Assembly (NCBI GenBank): GCA_964016885.1
Contig: OZ024740.1
Span: 166,966,001 to 167,030,000 of the forward strand
DNA length: 64,000 nucleotides
Direction: 5' to 3'
From: Eledone cirrhosa
Taxonomy: Eukaryota
The position numbers and the translations under genes are program-made. Under the pieces are notes generated by a model. That model worked only from the letters and a program-made list of their open reading frames with translations. It was not told the origin of the DNA and ran no database searches. How positions within the stretch are numbered: position 1 is the stretch's first letter; the number at the start of each line of letters is the position of its first letter. Of this stretch, positions 11,712-29,971 are shown one piece after another.

Positions 11712-12129
11712 GCACGTAGGCGAGTTTTCGGCATTTGAAGCGTTGAGAATATATGTATATATACAAATATAACGAAAGTACTCAAGCGCAGAAATGCTAT
11801 AGAGATAGCTTATAAAATAGGATGAAGAACTTTAAAAGATGGAAAAAGAAGTTGCCATTATGTGATGTGAAGTATTGAATCTCTTATATTCCAGATACTT
11901 GCTAGACTCTTTAATCATATAGCTAAAGAGCTGTGTCAAGTCCCTCCCTGCCATTTTACTTGGATAACAGGACAACAGCATTCAGATATCAGCAGGCAGT
12001 AGAGATACTGATAGAGACATCCGTATATAAACATACTATGGAAAAAACCGAATTTTTCACTTTTGAAGCACTGAGAATGTGTATCTATATAAATATAAAT
12101 AAAGTGCACTAGCTCAAAATTGCTAAAAG

Positions 12130-12300
12130 GATATGTTATCACAATCATAATGTTGTTGGTTCGAATCCTGGACTGGGTTGTACATTGTGTTCTTGAGGAC
12201 AACACTTTATTTCACGTTGCCCTAGTCCAGTCTATAGAAATGAGTTGCGATGCCACATTGCCAAGCTCTATCGGCCAAATACTTTCCCGGGGGCAACATT
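12130..12300 (+). mobile_element. tRNA-derived SINE, degenerate
   Basis: B-box GGTTCGAATCC followed by TGTGTTCTTGAGGACAACACTTTATTTCACGTTGC, shared with 29072-29190. Confidence 0.65.
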
Positions 12301-13921
12301 CGTGGAGTAGTATGTGGTGACTAGCAAGTTTGGGCGCCTGCTGGTATTTCACAGACAAACATTGGCCTGGATTATGCATCTGAATGGATCTTATTGTGTG
12401 CTGATCCATGGTCATTCGTGTTCGAACGTACTTATGATGACGTATGTATGTGTGCGTGTGTGTATGTATGTATATATATTTATGCGCAGGCTTATGCATG
12501 TATGTGTATTGAATTATTGAGACAAGAATGACTAAAACTTTTAACAAGTATATGGCTATATCTCTCTTTAATGAGGTCTAACAGACTAACATATATGTCT
12601 AAACTTTAACCATTTGGCTTAAAGCTAGTATTGCATTGTCCTTATTTTTATAAAGTTATCGATTATATATTTCTATTTTCATAATAATTTCTTCCATCAC
12701 TAATTGGTTCCTTTGTTTATTAATTTCATGGTTAATTTCTGTTCATTTAATTTTTCCATTCACTACATTTCATGTGTCAGATTCTAGCGGTTTATTCTTG
12801 AAGAGTTTTGGAATCGAAATATGTTTATTAGTAGTGTCACTTTTGATTTTATGAAGTCCAACTTCTGTAGAGTAGAACAGAAACACATATTTACACGAGC
12901 AATTTTCACACGAAATGCACATGACTACAAATCTATCGTTAGAAAATGGGGGTCATAACTATGTTTATTTTCTATGTTAACGTAGTGTTTCCTTTATCTT
13001 TAAGATTTTGCTAGTGTATTACATTTCCTTGTCCCAAACCATTAAAACTGGCCTGTTGTCCTGACATATTATAGAGATTTTGAGAGGAGCATTCCTTGCG
13101 CATTATCTCTTAATATGAGTCAGTATGCCTTCTATGTCACTGTAAAACGTATATTGATTTGTCGACATCATACACCGTAAGAAAATATACAACGAATCAA
13201 GTAAAATAATTGTGACGCATTTAACTTAGACACAGATTAACTCAGACGCAACAAAGATTTCTACTCATTAGCCATCCCTGTCGGCTTTCGGTAGCGATGA
13301 TGGTAAGACACACAAATGGAAGTTTATTGCAGAGATCAGACAAAGCAGACTGGCAAATGCCCGGGAAATAAGAGGCAAGAAAAGATGACAACGGTTAGGA
13401 ATATTGTCGGGTAACTGCCTGGAAATACAAAATAATACGAACGACGAATAAAAAAGAGGATGGAACAAATATTAGTGTATAATCCTTATATTACACGCGA
13501 GAGGACGTCATAAAAATTACGAAAGAAAATAAATACACTTTGTTAGGACAGTGCTTGATCAATTACTCACAGCAGGCCAGGTTCGTGGACCAGGCAACAT
13601 GATTACAAGACAAAGTTCAAAATATGATATAGCAGAGGAAAGGGTTGCATCTGTGATATTATAGAGAAACCTATATTTCCAGGACAGTTACATATAAGCA
13701 AAAACCGAGAAACTGGAAATGGGATAGGTCAATGAATGAGAGGCAATAACGAAGAAAGGAAATGTAGATGAGCGACAGAATGCTCAAAATTGTATTCATC
13801 AAAGGAAGGGTTTAGAGAAGCAGCGTATCTTTAGATAATGCAATGGGTGAAACAAAAAGTTCGATGATCTGCAATTAACTATGGATGTCGTCTTAAGATA
13901 ATGAAGTTTGTATATATATAT

Positions 13922-14035
<114 letters not shown>

Positions 14036-14899
14036 ATTATACATATTAGGTCCGGTTTGCAGGTGGGTTTCATTTTCTAGCTGTATATAATTATATGTTA
14101 GGGCCTAATAGATTGCCATAAGATAGTCGTATTTGCATGCAGTCACACATGCATGTATGTATGATTTATTCGGGAATTTAGTCACGGGTGAATGAGGAAG
14201 CGGTATCACCATAGCTACTTCTGAGGTCCACTGAATCTGGTGGATGAGAAGAAAGTTGGGTATACTGAAACTGGTGAACTTTTGTATGCAAGCTACATAT
14301 CGACTTTCGTAAAAACACTTGAAAACAGAGTTGTGGTGTGAATCTGTGTGATGTGATAAGCCTATCATTAACGTAAACCAACACAGAATGTGAACTCATT
14401 ATGCCAAGAGAGTGTACAAACACCTCTACCATTTACTTGAATAGATTTCGATTTCAGGGTTCAGGAAATTAATTGGTGTATAGAATTAAGGAATGCAGCT
14501 GTTTCAATCATGCTTTCCAATATTTAATGGTTATAATCTACGTTTATTTATATCAAATTATGTCCATTAACATTTGTGATATATGTAATTACATCAGCAA
14601 ACTACGCATTAATAAAATCTATATATATTCTACCATGTACGATATGACGATATATTGTCTATATATAGATGTTATTATATAAAATGTCTATAAATCACTG
14701 CAAAGCATCATACTAAATTTCTTAAATGGCATATAACGTATCAGCTATCTATATATTCTATATGTTGCTGATAATAATGGTTTCTTTATTAGCCACATAG
14801 GGCTCGCATTAAGAAAATCTTAGGATGGTTGAGGGCAGTACATGGAGGCACAGGACAGTAATGTGGGGTTTTGCCGTGTAAAACAGGTTTTCTTTTTAA

Positions 14900-15960
14900 A
14901 TCAAGAAAAGAAAAACGTAATAATTCAAACAAAATGACTTATCAATATGAGGAATTCCGAGAATCATTCTTGGAGGATGCCCACAAAAATCCATCAATTT
15001 GACCATCAGGGCTAGTTCACCCTTCCAGTTTTCCTCCTCCAGTCTACAGGCGCATACGTAGAGCAAGCCCATTCACTCGGCCCATGCTCGCCTCTCTCAC
15101 CTACCTTTGAACAAACTCGATTGAAGTTAGCACTTCACTATCCACCCTGAATTTTCTCTTCAAGTGAAACCTAGAAAATTCAACCAGGGCTCCGCTGAAG
15201 CGGAAAATGTTCGTCTTCAAAGCTCTCATACGTTCCGCAACACGACCCCTTTCACCGTAGCCACCAGGCAGATGAAACTACCTACCCTTTTGGCTAAAGC
15301 TGTGGAGACATTCTTATCATCAGGCTATCGCATTTCTGCGAGTTAAATAGGTAGCTTCAGCACATGTTTGCTCATTATCATCCCCGGCATTCCAAATCAT
15401 CCACGCAGCGGGTATTGGCAGTAAATTAACCGGTAGATCATGCCATGCATTCCTTTCCCAAAAAGAAAATAGTAAACGATCAAGTGTAGTCAGACGTGGA
15501 CCAGGTCAAGATGTAACGGTCAGACGGTAGTAGATTATAAACCGATATACGCGTTCACCAACTCTGCATGAGCTTCCAGGGATATCTTCTACATGGTCCA
15601 ATTTTAGCTGTTACCTCGTCCCAGTTTTCTTACATTTGCCTCTCCAGGTGCTTACATTTCCAGGTTGATTTTTGCTGTTATCGCTCTGTACTCCCCGAGA
15701 GCGATGCTAATCTATTCCATATTTGCTGCTTGACCACACTACAGTGACGGCGGCAGCATATGCTAACACAGATCTTAGTTCAAACAGAACGCACCTCAAA
15801 GTTATCAATATGTATAGTAGAGGCTCGAGTTAATACATAAAACAAAGAGGACAGGAAACAACATAGCCGGAACGATCGCACATTGATGAACAGTTCCGAG
15901 AGTTGGCCGTTCACTCTCATAGCAGATCAGATGTCGCTGTACATTACAGTGATCTATCTT
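14900..15960 (-). pseudogene. Highly degraded L1/Tx1-like LINE reverse transcriptase
   Basis: My minus-strand reading gives VLAYAAAVTV (decayed AYADDVTV, near 15750), EYRAITAKINLE and IYYRLTV..PRLTTLDRLLFSFLGKG, in the order typical of L1/Tx1 ORF2. Confidence 0.55.
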
Positions 15961-17037
15961 ATGTATTGTATAAGGTGGAGGTCATCGTGGCAGGAGCTTT
16001 CCGGAATGGCACATTTTTGGATCTCCCATAACAGACAACCAACGCCCATTATAATCCATAATTAAAGGAGTTCCGACAGTGACAATCACTCGCTTTAGTC
16101 GTATGGTTTACGTTATCCAATGTCTATTACTACCTAAGAAGGTAAGGTCTTATATCAGAGAGATTTAGTACCATTTCTTGCAGGTTTAGTGGATATTGTT
16201 CTTGTTGGCGTCGTGGAAGATATAAAAACAACCATGTGCTGTCTTTTATAATAATAATGCATTTAGCAACCATATGAACATCTATTGTATTACTTTATAC
16301 TTCTGCATCTTCTATCATTTTTCAATTTGTAAATATAGTGTATAGAGATCTGGGAATGATATCAATTTTTGATATTCAAGCATATTAAGAAAAAAAGAAT
16401 CAAAATAATTCAACTTTTCTCTATTCACATTGTATTAATACCTATCGTTCATATTGCTATTTCGGATGAAAAACCACAGAGGTGGTATTAATAACATGCA
16501 CAGAAATGTATATCTTTGGTTTCCTTCATTAAAGCTCAGATGTTTCTCATGCGACAAATGATATATCCTTATGATTATTCCTTCTATATATTTTTCTCTG
16601 AGTTGTTTACATTTTACGAATTTCATAAATTGTAAATATTGAAAAAATAAATTTTCAAATAAATTGAAAATTTAGAGTATCTTTTCCAAAATACAACAAT
16701 AGAGTCTCTCATTTTGAATATTTGACTATCATCTAATAATTTCTGCTATATGTTACCGAATGTATATGTCATGAGATAATAATGTTTTCTGTTCCCATTT
16801 ATAGGTAATCATCTTGTTTATTCTTGCATAACCACAACACACCTTGTGATAAGTCACCTTCATACACTCTACAAGAAAATTCCGATCATAATATTCCTAG
16901 AATGTTTATTTGTTTATTTATATTTCTTGCGAATGCCAGAGGTTCTTTTCGTATAATTGTCTTAGAAATCTTTAACATTCAAATTGAAATAATGGGAGTT
17001 ATAAATATTTCAATCTCCAAATTGACATTGCTTAAAA

Positions 17038-17079
<42 letters not shown>

Positions 17080-18345
17080 GTGTGTGTGTGTGCGCGCGCG
17101 CATGTGTATCTGTGAGTGCGTGTGTGTGTATGTGACTGTAAATAAACATATATATATACGCGTATACCCGCGCACACAAAATGTTGTGGATGCAACAGGA
17201 ATAAAAACACACATATATATGTTTCTTTGTGTGTGTGTGTATGAGTGTAGTATAGATGTATATTTAAACTAATGAAATTGATGGTTATCGTATACCCTCT
17301 AGCTTCCACCAACCAGCACAAACTACTTCTGTGTCTTTCTATACCACCATAACATATACGACGAGGAAAGAGTTTGATTCGTTTGAGAGAAGCACAGCGT
17401 CCTATTTTATTCAAGATGCAAATTGGAAGTTCCGCAATTTATGTATCGTAGTTCAATAACTTGAGAAAAAAACAAAAGTTATCGCGAATTCTACATACAG
17501 ACAATTTACATCTTGTTCCTTGTTACATTTCTTGTACTTTCTCCTTTCAATTAAAACTTTATTAGCAAATTCGAATGATTGGTGCCTTGATATATATATC
17601 ATATATCACCTGTTACTGTCCTATTGAATGAATAGAGATAAACATACCCTCACACGTCTAACAGGTTTGAATACAGAGGAGCTGGACTCCCAATGTCATC
17701 GCCTCTATCTCTCTAGTTCTCCCATCTTTCATTAATAATACTTCAGTTTTCATTGATCGCTTCGCACAGAAGTGTTCACAGCTTTCGCTCCAACTTGAGA
17801 CAGCACCTACAATAGCGCCGCGTAAATCAATGGAATTTGCTTGACGGAAACTTTTGATTGTCGTATGTATGTATGTTTCAATGTATATATGTATATATGT
17901 ATGTATTATATATGTTAGTATGTATTATGTAGTTATGTATGTACGTATGTACATATGTACGTATGTAGTATCTTTACAACAGATTGGATTAAATTAAATT
18001 CATAAAGTTCGTGCTCAATAGAGACTTTACATTTAGATAAATCTTCACATTCAATTGTTTGCAAGTTTGAACAAATCATTATTCTTAGCCACCTATCTAT
18101 TTAATTGGACGGGCATCTTGAATAATTATGGATATGATTTTCATCGCAAAACAGATGCGAAAAATGTGAGAAGCAAAAGTTGTATATTGTTTAGGAATTT
18201 CATTGCAGAAATACTTGATACGATCAATATGGCTCATATGTGGAAAATACTGTCGAATCTTGGTTGATCGGGGCAGTTCCTATCGATAAACTAAGAGATG
18301 TAGGAATTCTTGGTCAATTTTCTCTAAGCTTTTGATGAATCTAAA

Positions 18346-18427
18346 CTCCCCTGAAGAGAATGGTGGATTCCTCAATTATTGGTAATTCCAATAAGCGTTC
18401 TTCCGCAAATGAAACCATGGTAGGGAG
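18346..18427 (+). ncRNA. Hammerhead ribozyme with a 53-nt helix II region
   Basis: CTCCC-CTGAAGA-[53 nt]-GAAA-CCATGG-TA-GGGAG. The downstream sequence 18425-18520 recurs degenerately about 350 bp later. Confidence 0.75.
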
Positions 18428-18943
18428 AAATTTATATAAACGGGTTTAGATAGAATATTGTTTTTGTCTATCTTGTTTGAACTCCCATAAAATCAATATT
18501 TCTCATTTGAATTTAATATATATTAAATATATGATTTTATTTCTCTGAGTGATTCCACTCATTGAAATGTATTAGAGACTAATTAATTTTGATTAGTATT
18601 AAACCGAAACTTAATTCGTCGAGTTGTACCAGATGGTCTTTTGGCTGCTCTTTCTAGTGGCATTATAAGCCTGTCGCATAGTCATAATATATTAAGAGAT
18701 TTTGTATCACTAATATTTCTACTACACACTGTCGTTTTTATTCAGTATGCTGCCTCATCAAATGAAACAGAGAGATGTTTATATAAGCGAGTTTTCTTAG
18801 GATAGTGTTCTAGTCTGTCTGACTTGTACTCCCATAAATACAGTTTTTTCTCACTTAAATTTCATATATAATATGCTGGGTTAGTTAGAATGTAGCTGTC
18901 GAAACGGCCAGAGCTCAGCCATCGGGTTCCAAACTCTTTTCCG

Positions 18944-18971
<28 letters not shown>

Positions 18972-18974
<3 letters not shown>

Positions 18975-19019
18975 CCCTGGATTCATATATGTATATATAT
19001 GTATATGAACCCGGGATTC

Positions 19020-19100
<81 letters not shown>

Positions 19101-19148
19101 CCCGGGATTCATATATGTATATATATATATATATATGAACCCGGGATT

Positions 19149-19151
<3 letters not shown>
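18972..19151. repeat. (TA)n array punctuated by four TGAACCCGGGATTCA motifs; continues at 25121-25278
   Basis: Four motif copies here and four (one degenerate) on the far side of the PLE, in the same orientation. Confidence 0.8.
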
Positions 19152-19188
<37 letters not shown>

Positions 19189-19189
19189 A

Positions 19190-20996
<1,807 letters not shown>

Positions 20997-21072
20997 TATA
21001 TAGGTATGATTGTGTGCATGTATGTATGTATATGTATGTGTGTATGGCTATGTTTGTGTATGTGTATGCATG

Positions 21073-21172
<100 letters not shown>

Positions 21173-21382
21173 TATGTATATATATATATATATATATATG
21201 TATATTTATATTTATATATATATATATATGTGTATATATGTGTGTGTGGTTGTATATATGTATGTGTATGTATGGAAGTGTTGATATTTATGTGCGTATG
21301 TATGTATGTGTATGTGTATATGTATGTGTGTATTTATATACACATATATGTGTATATGTGTGTGTGTATGTATGAGTTTATG

Positions 21383-21435
<53 letters not shown>

Positions 21436-21583
21436 ATGCTTTGTGTGTGTGTGTGTGTGTGTGTGTTTGCATGTGTGGTTTTATTTTATTTTTCCTTTCC
21501 TTCTTCTTTCTCCAGCTTCACTTTCATATAGATTGCATTTTTGTTTATAAAATCCATATTCAATAAACAGACCAGGATTTTTT

Positions 21584-21637
21584 CATTCTGAGGATTGAAA
21601 GAAAATTTTATTTCTTTTAAGAAACCACTGGTAAATG
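21584..21637 (+). ncRNA. pLTR hammerhead ribozyme (GUA)
   Basis: CATT-CTGAGGA-TTGAAAGAAAattttaTTTCTTTTAA-GAAA-CCACTGG-TA-AATG. Confidence 0.85.
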
Positions 21638-21846
21638 GAATAATTGCCTCTTGTTGTTTATTACATAACTATTAAGCTTTGTTACCTACACTCTTTTTTC
21701 CTGAACTTTTCCGACGGAATTACTTCATCTATACAGCTCCAACCGGGATTGATTGAAGCATATTCTATATTACATATACGATTGGCACTTTGCAGCCCGA
21801 TTAGTTGAGCACTCTACAGTTTTCAGGAATTTAACCAACATACACC

Positions 21847-23982
21847 ATGGACCTTTATGAATTGGATTATTCAATCAAAAATATACCTACTCCTTCCAAC
21901 ACAACTTATACCAAAATGCTTATAGATAAAATCGAACAAGTCATTAAAAGAATGAGATGGAAGGCAATGGTTTACGATGGACTATTCAGTGCTGATACTG
22001 ATGATTGTTTTGACATCAAATCCCGTAAATATCCACCTAGAATTAAAGACATGGCCAACTTCGAATTAGACCTTGTTAATCTAATTAGTGATATCAAATT
22101 TCGTAAGTATAATAATAACTTTCAAACTAAACTATCTAACGATATTTCTAATTTTAGGAATTCTACAAACACTTTTGTTCTTTCTGATAAAACTAAAAAT
22201 ATCTTTGAAGTTAATAGTACTTTGTATAACCAACTTTTAACTAATAGTATTACCAACAAATATCAATTAACTAATAATAATACCTACAATACTATCAATA
22301 AAGAAGCTAAAAACTAGCTAGTTCTTTAAAAATAGACAACCGGATTGAAAGCCTAGCTAAGCGTAAAGAATATATTACCCTTAAAGACCATAAATTGGAC
22401 TTTACTAATCGACCTAGTTGTAGACTGATTAACCCGGCTAAATCCGAAGTTGGCCTTGCAAGTAAAAAAAAATCTTTAGAAAAATAATTCTCCAAATTAG
22501 AACTAACACTGACCTATCACATTGGCTAAATAATTCCTCTGTTATTTCTTGGTTTAATAATATACAAGGTAAAAATAAGTGTAGATTTACCCAATTTGAT
22601 ATTGTCGATTTTTGCCCCTCTATTGCTGTTTCCTTATTAACTAATGCCTTAGATTTTGCAAGACCCTTCATTAATATTTCTAAATTAGAAGAAGACATTA
22701 TCTTTCATGCTAGAAAAACTTGACTCTTTACTAATTAAAATATTTGGGTTAAAAAGTCAAACCCTGAAAACTCTTATGATGTTGCAATGGGTTCATATGA
22801 CAGTGCGGATGTGTGTGACTTAGTAGGATTATTCCTTCTCCACACCCCCAAAGAGAAATTTCCTTCCCATAATATCGGTTTATACCGTGATGACGGATTA
22901 CCAGTTTCTCATACCACCAACGGCCATAACCTTGATAAATTCCGTAAAGATTTAATCAATACTTTTGCTAATCTTAACCTTAAAATCACTATAGATACGA
23001 ACCTTACTAATGCTAACTTTCTTGATATTAATCTTGATCTACTTACCGCCTCTTTTAAACCCTATCATAAACCTAATGAAATTCTTAGGTATATACACAA
23101 AGAGTCTTGCCATCCCCCAATAGTTTTTAATAATCTTATTCCTAACATTAGCCGTAGGATTTCTACCTTATCTTCGTCTATAGACATGTTTAATAAAGCC
23201 GCCCCTTATTATAATAAAGCCCTTAAGAACAGCGGTTTTACAGAAAATATTTCTTATTTACCTCCCCCCCCCCCCCCTAAAACTAACCACAATAACAGGA
23301 AAAGAAAAATGATTTGGTTCACACCGCCCTTCTCTCTAACTGTCAAAACTAATGTAGGAAGGAAATTCCTTGAAATCTTAGACAAACATTTTCCTCCTAA
23401 TCATAGATATTATAAGATATTTAATAGGAACGTAATTCAGATCACTTACTCTTGTTGCCCATCTATGAAGTCCAAGATCACCAGTTCAAATCATACGAGA
23501 ACAAATCCAGGATGCAGTTGCAGGAAGCCGGATGAATGCCCATTGCAGGGTAAATGTAACACCCAAATCTGTTGTTTATGAGGCTAAAATAACATCGGTA
23601 ATCAACAACCAGCCAGCCAGGAGTGAGCGATATATCGGTATGACCCAGGACAGGTTTAAAACCAGATTTTACTCACATGTCGCTTATTTTAAGCACTCCG
23701 ATAAACGAACATCAACGGCCCTCGCAAGTAAGGTGTGGGATCAAGGATAGTAACATCCCGTACTCTATCGATTGGTCTATCTTAGACCATTCCATGGAGT
23801 ACCAAAGAGGCACAAAGAATTGTTCTTTGTGTACCACAGAAAAATATATGATTTTGCTAAACTTGAGAGCCACTTCCGCTTGCCTTAACTCAAAGACTGA
23901 GATCTTCAGATGCTATCCTCATCTGAAATCACATCTGATCTGTAACTGGATTGACACTCCTATGATAAATCAACCGCCTTGA
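21847..23982 (+). pseudogene. PLE polyprotein (RT + GIY-YIG, about 710 codons), disrupted by several frameshifts and stops
   Basis: MDLYELDYSIKNIPTPS..KRMRWKA; QFDIVDFCPSI; MGSYDSADVCDLVG; GLYRDDG (YRDD at 22883-22894); NFLDINLDL; IWFTPPFS; CSCRKPDECPLQGKC; VVYEAK..YIGMT; CSLCTTEK. Confidence 0.93.
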
Positions 23983-24238
23983 ACTCCTTCCCTGCTCTTT
24001 ACTTCTGCTACGGTTTTTTTTATTTGCTGAATCCACTTTCTGTACTCTTGTAATTTTTTTCTCCCTTATCTCCCCTTATATTTCACCTTTTCCTATGTCT
24101 TCTACCCCCCCCCCATATATTCTTTTTGCCTTATCCTTCACATAACAATATGTATGTGTATGTATGTGTATATGTATATATATATATATGTGTGTGTGTG
24201 TATATATATACGTATATGTAGAGAGACCAGGTTTTTTT

Positions 24239-24293
24239 CATTCTGAGGATTGAAGGAAAAATTTCTTTGCTTTTAAGAAACCACTGGTGAATG
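24239..24293 (+). ncRNA. pLTR hammerhead motif with a GUG triplet
   Basis: CATT-CTGAGGA-helix II-GAAA-CCACTGG-TG-AATG. The same GTG is in the minus copy at 20578-20631. Confidence 0.75.
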
Positions 24294-24419
24294 GAATAAT
24301 TGCCTTATGTTGCTTATTACATTCCTACTATATATATGTATATGTAAGGTTCATATGAATTATCTAAGATTGAGTTTTAAACACACACATATATGTATAT
24401 ATGTATATATGTATATATG

Positions 24420-24452
<33 letters not shown>

Positions 24453-24768
24453 GTGTGTGTGCGTTTGTATTTGGTTGTGCGTGTTTATGATATGTACGTA
24501 TTTGTATGTGTATAATTGTATAGCTATGTATTTATGTGTGTGTGTATGTATACATATATATGTGTGTGTGTGTATTTTTATATATATATATATATGTGTA
24601 TATGTGTGTGTATAATTGTATAAGTGTGTGTGTGTGCGTGTTTGTGTATGTATTTGTGTATGTGTTGATATTTATGTGCGTATGTATGTATGTGTATGTG
24701 TATATTTATATACACATATATATATATATATATATATGTATATGTGTGTGTGTATGTATGAGTGTATG

Positions 24769-24811
<43 letters not shown>

Positions 24812-24968
24812 ATGTATGCTTTTGTGTGTGTGTGTGTGTTTTTGTGTGTGTTCGCATGTGTAGTTTTATTTTATTTTTCCTTTCCTTATTCTTTCTCCAG
24901 CCTCACTTTCATATAGATTGCATTTTTGCTTTTAAAATCCAAATTCAATAAACAGACCAGGATTTTTT

Positions 24969-25022
24969 TATTCTGAGGATTGAAAGCAAATTTTTTTGCT
25001 TTTAAGAAAACAGTGGTAAATG
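24969..25022 (+). ncRNA. pLTR hammerhead ribozyme (GUA; helix III mutated)
   Basis: TATT-CTGAGGA-TTGAAAGCAAAttttTTTGCTTTTAA-GAAA-ACAGTGG-TA-AATG. Confidence 0.7.
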
Positions 25023-25071
25023 GAATAATTGCCTTATGTTGTTTATTACATAACTAAATATATATATATAG

Positions 25072-25124
<53 letters not shown>

Positions 25125-25135
25125 CCCGGGATTCA

Positions 25136-25185
<50 letters not shown>

Positions 25186-25274
25186 TCCGGAATTCGTATA
25201 TATATATATATATATATGAACCCAGGATTCATATATGTATATATATATATATATATATACATGAACCCGGGATT

Positions 25275-25329
<55 letters not shown>

Positions 25330-25369
25330 GATATAAATAAATGGAAACTATATTTATAAAACCATATTT

Positions 25370-25431
25370 ATTTCATTATACATATTTCAGGGATACCAAA
25401 TTAAATTATGGTATGCCTTCATCAGACAAAA
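25370..25431 (-). ncRNA. Hammerhead ribozyme in a pLTR end (family of 10039-10361)
   Basis: Minus strand TTTTGT-CTGATGA-AGGcATACCA..TGGTATcCCT-GAAA-TATGTA-TA-ATGAAA. Confidence 0.75.
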
Positions 25432-26982
25432 TACAATATATAACAGTTTTACAAATAAGCTTTGACGTACCCTATTAAAATGCAACCATTGTTTTTGGAA
25501 GTCATCCGGATAGTGATTTGTTTATATTACTTTAATAAGTCATAGTGTCAAGGACAATTAGAAAAAGACGGAGAGAAAGAAAAAGACGGAGAGGAAGAAA
25601 AAACGTGGAGAAATATCGGAGAGAGAGAGATGCATGGAGAAAAAAAGAAATGGGTCCGAAAAACCATGGGTCCAGGAAACGAGAGACAGAGCGGGCGGCT
25701 GACCAACTAGCTCACAGCCAGCCGCCCTCAAAGTGTTGGCAACCGAAAACTGCCAGTGATATCTGGTAAGGGGGCGCAGGCCTATCATGTACTACCACCA
25801 CTCCGTCAAAGAAGAAGGGGAAGAAAGAAAGAAAGGGAGAAGAAGTGTAGTGTAAGGGTCAAACTACATTCATGTTAGAAAATGCCGCGAAAAAAATGCT
25901 ACCTAAAGAATCTATAGTGGGTGTCTGTATGGTCTAATGTGTGAACCGAAGATTGAGACGCTAAACTTATTTTGCGAGTTATAGGATGAAATAAATTAAA
26001 TTAAAAATATTATATTGCAAAATGGTAAATTGAAAAATAGAGGTAGCGAGATTTATTTATTTAACGAACTTACGGAGAGAGTCTTATGTGAAAATTTTTT
26101 TTTGTTTAACTCGATAAGATATTATGATGGGATATAGCGTAAAGATTTCCATTGGGAGTCCCAGCCAGCACACACACCACCAAGAATCAACCAGTCTCAA
26201 GTGGTATCGTCCAGCGAAAGAAATGGAAATTAGTTTTTCCGAGTACTCTAGGACCGTAGCTAACTTTGGCCCCGGGATCGCTAGCGGGAACCCCACAATT
26301 TCGACAGGCCATCGTCTATACCACGAATACTATTAAATCACACATTAGGGGTTTATTTACGTGTAAATAGAGGCATGATACAGCTAATAGTTGTGCCCAA
26401 ACCTGGAGTTTGTAGGTACAGGTATAATTAGGCGGCCAAAACAGGCGGCGCGGTGGGACTGAGGCAGAGCAAGCCACTCCGAGTAATTTCATTTACCGAA
26501 AGAGGAGAAATTTATTTTTCCGAGCACTCAAGGAAGGCTTAACTTTCCGAGTGCCCAGCGCGGAGCGGGAAAAGCCACCACACAAGTCAAACAATGAAAA
26601 GTGAAAATAGATCAAAATTATTTTTAATTATTTTAAAGTCCGAGTTAGTCCGGGTTATAGGTAGTGTGGTTCTTAGGTTGGTAGGGGGCTATGAAGGTGC
26701 ATAATGACCTGAGTAAGGAAAAAGTTACAAAAAAATACCAATACATTGATAAAAATACATTAATAAAATAATAGAAATAATAAAATAATAAAATATAAAT
26801 TAATGAGATAGTAAAAAAAATAAAGGTAAATTAGAGTCAATATAGATCAAGTTGTAGTAAGATAATTGTTTCTACTTTATGCACAAGGCCAGCAAATAAC
26901 CAGTACATTACTGGTACTAAGTTGTACATATAAATACAGATATAGAGGATGGATGAGATGGAATGGTAACAGATTGTAGCTA

Positions 26983-28718
<1,736 letters not shown>

Positions 28719-29045
28719 AGAAACAAAATGGCGTAGGATAGAAGAAAGGAAAGGCACAGAAACAAAGAAAGGAATCCCCAGTCACTGAAGAGGTCACAGA
28801 GTGTGTGACGAAAGGACTATGACTATATATAAACAACTCTCTGGTTGTGGAACCAGCCAACCAACCAGAAATTTATAAGTTTGTAGATTTGTAAATTTAT
28901 AAATTTATAAATATATAATAAATTGAAGTGAAAGCAACTGGTGCGTGTGTTTCTTATTGGCAACATGACCCTCCCAAAGTATAACAATATCGGTTTCAAC
29001 ACACGATTTCAGATAAAGAATCTTGCTAAACAAATTCAGAAACGA
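28719..29045 (+). mobile_element. Solo pLTR of the YVDD-type PLE with an HHR at 28780-28824
   Basis: Near-identical to 43648-43909. AGTCA-CTGAAGA-gGTCACAgagtgTGTGAC-GAAA-ggac-TA-TGACT. Confidence 0.85.
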
Positions 29046-29071
29046 TATATATATATATATATATATATTGT

Positions 29072-29190
29072 GAAGGCGTGTGGCGGAGTGGTTAGGGTAT
29101 TGGATTCGCAATCGTAGGGTTGTGAGTTCGATTCCTGGACCAGGCGATGCGTTATGTCCTTGAGCAAGACACTTTATTTCACGTTGCTCC
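29072..29190 (+). mobile_element. tRNA-derived SINE (3'-truncated)
   Basis: A-box TGGCGGAGTGG, B-box GTTCGATTCC, then GTCCTTGAGCAAGACACTTTATTTCACGTTGCTCC. Confidence 0.75.
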
Positions 29191-29287
29191 TTCTACCTGG
29201 AGTTGCGACCGATAGATAGTATTAGCAATTGGAAAGACCAACGGAAACATTGTTCCCTCGGTCCGATTTGACGAAAGTCGATCGAAA

Positions 29288-29334
<47 letters not shown>

Positions 29335-29658
29335 TATTGAAGTTTGCTTGAAGCATTGTGGAAGTTTGCTTGAAGTCGTTTGGAAGTCTCGACAATGCAA
29401 ATGGGTAAATCTCCTGGTAACAAGATCCGGTGGTGTAGAGAGAGATGTAAGTGGCGTGTATAAGACGTGTAGAGGAATGAAGGAAAGAGTATAAAGGATA
29501 AAATAAAAATAACACGAAAGAGAGTTACCTTGGGAGAGATTTAATTGTCCCTCTATATTTCGGATTCACATCCATCAACTGGTGGTTTTTCCGGGGTGGG
29601 GAAAGGTTGTCTGTCGGAAAGGTGCGAAACGTGTCCTCCGCTGTTTGTTATTTTGAAT

Positions 29659-29716
<58 letters not shown>

Positions 29717-29731
29717 ATATATTATATATAT

Positions 29732-29762
<31 letters not shown>

Positions 29763-29811
29763 GTATATATAATATATATATATTATATATATATATATAT
29801 ATATTATAATA

Positions 29812-29854
<43 letters not shown>

Positions 29855-29971
29855 TATATATATATATATTATACATATATGATATTAAATAAATGGAAAC
29901 TATATTAATAAAACCATATTTATTGTCGTATCAATGTCGTATCTATTTATTTATAAGACTGTTTATATTGT

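Noticed and set aside
18972-19151. Short palindromic repeats with spacers resembling a CRISPR array
   Set aside because: The spacers are (TA)n, the context is eukaryotic and there are no cas genes.
22721-22740. In-frame TGA in the Naiad-like RT as possible selenocysteine (some Naiad PLEs are selenoproteins)
   Set aside because: The TGA falls at a Leu position (ARKT*LF versus ARNNLLF and ARKTLIRF in paralogues) and is followed by a TAA. GIY-YIG cysteines are TGY, and I see no convincing SECIS in the 3'UTR.
29072-29150. tRNA gene
   Set aside because: A/B boxes are present, but there is no closed cloverleaf and the sequence continues into a SINE body shared with 12130-12300.
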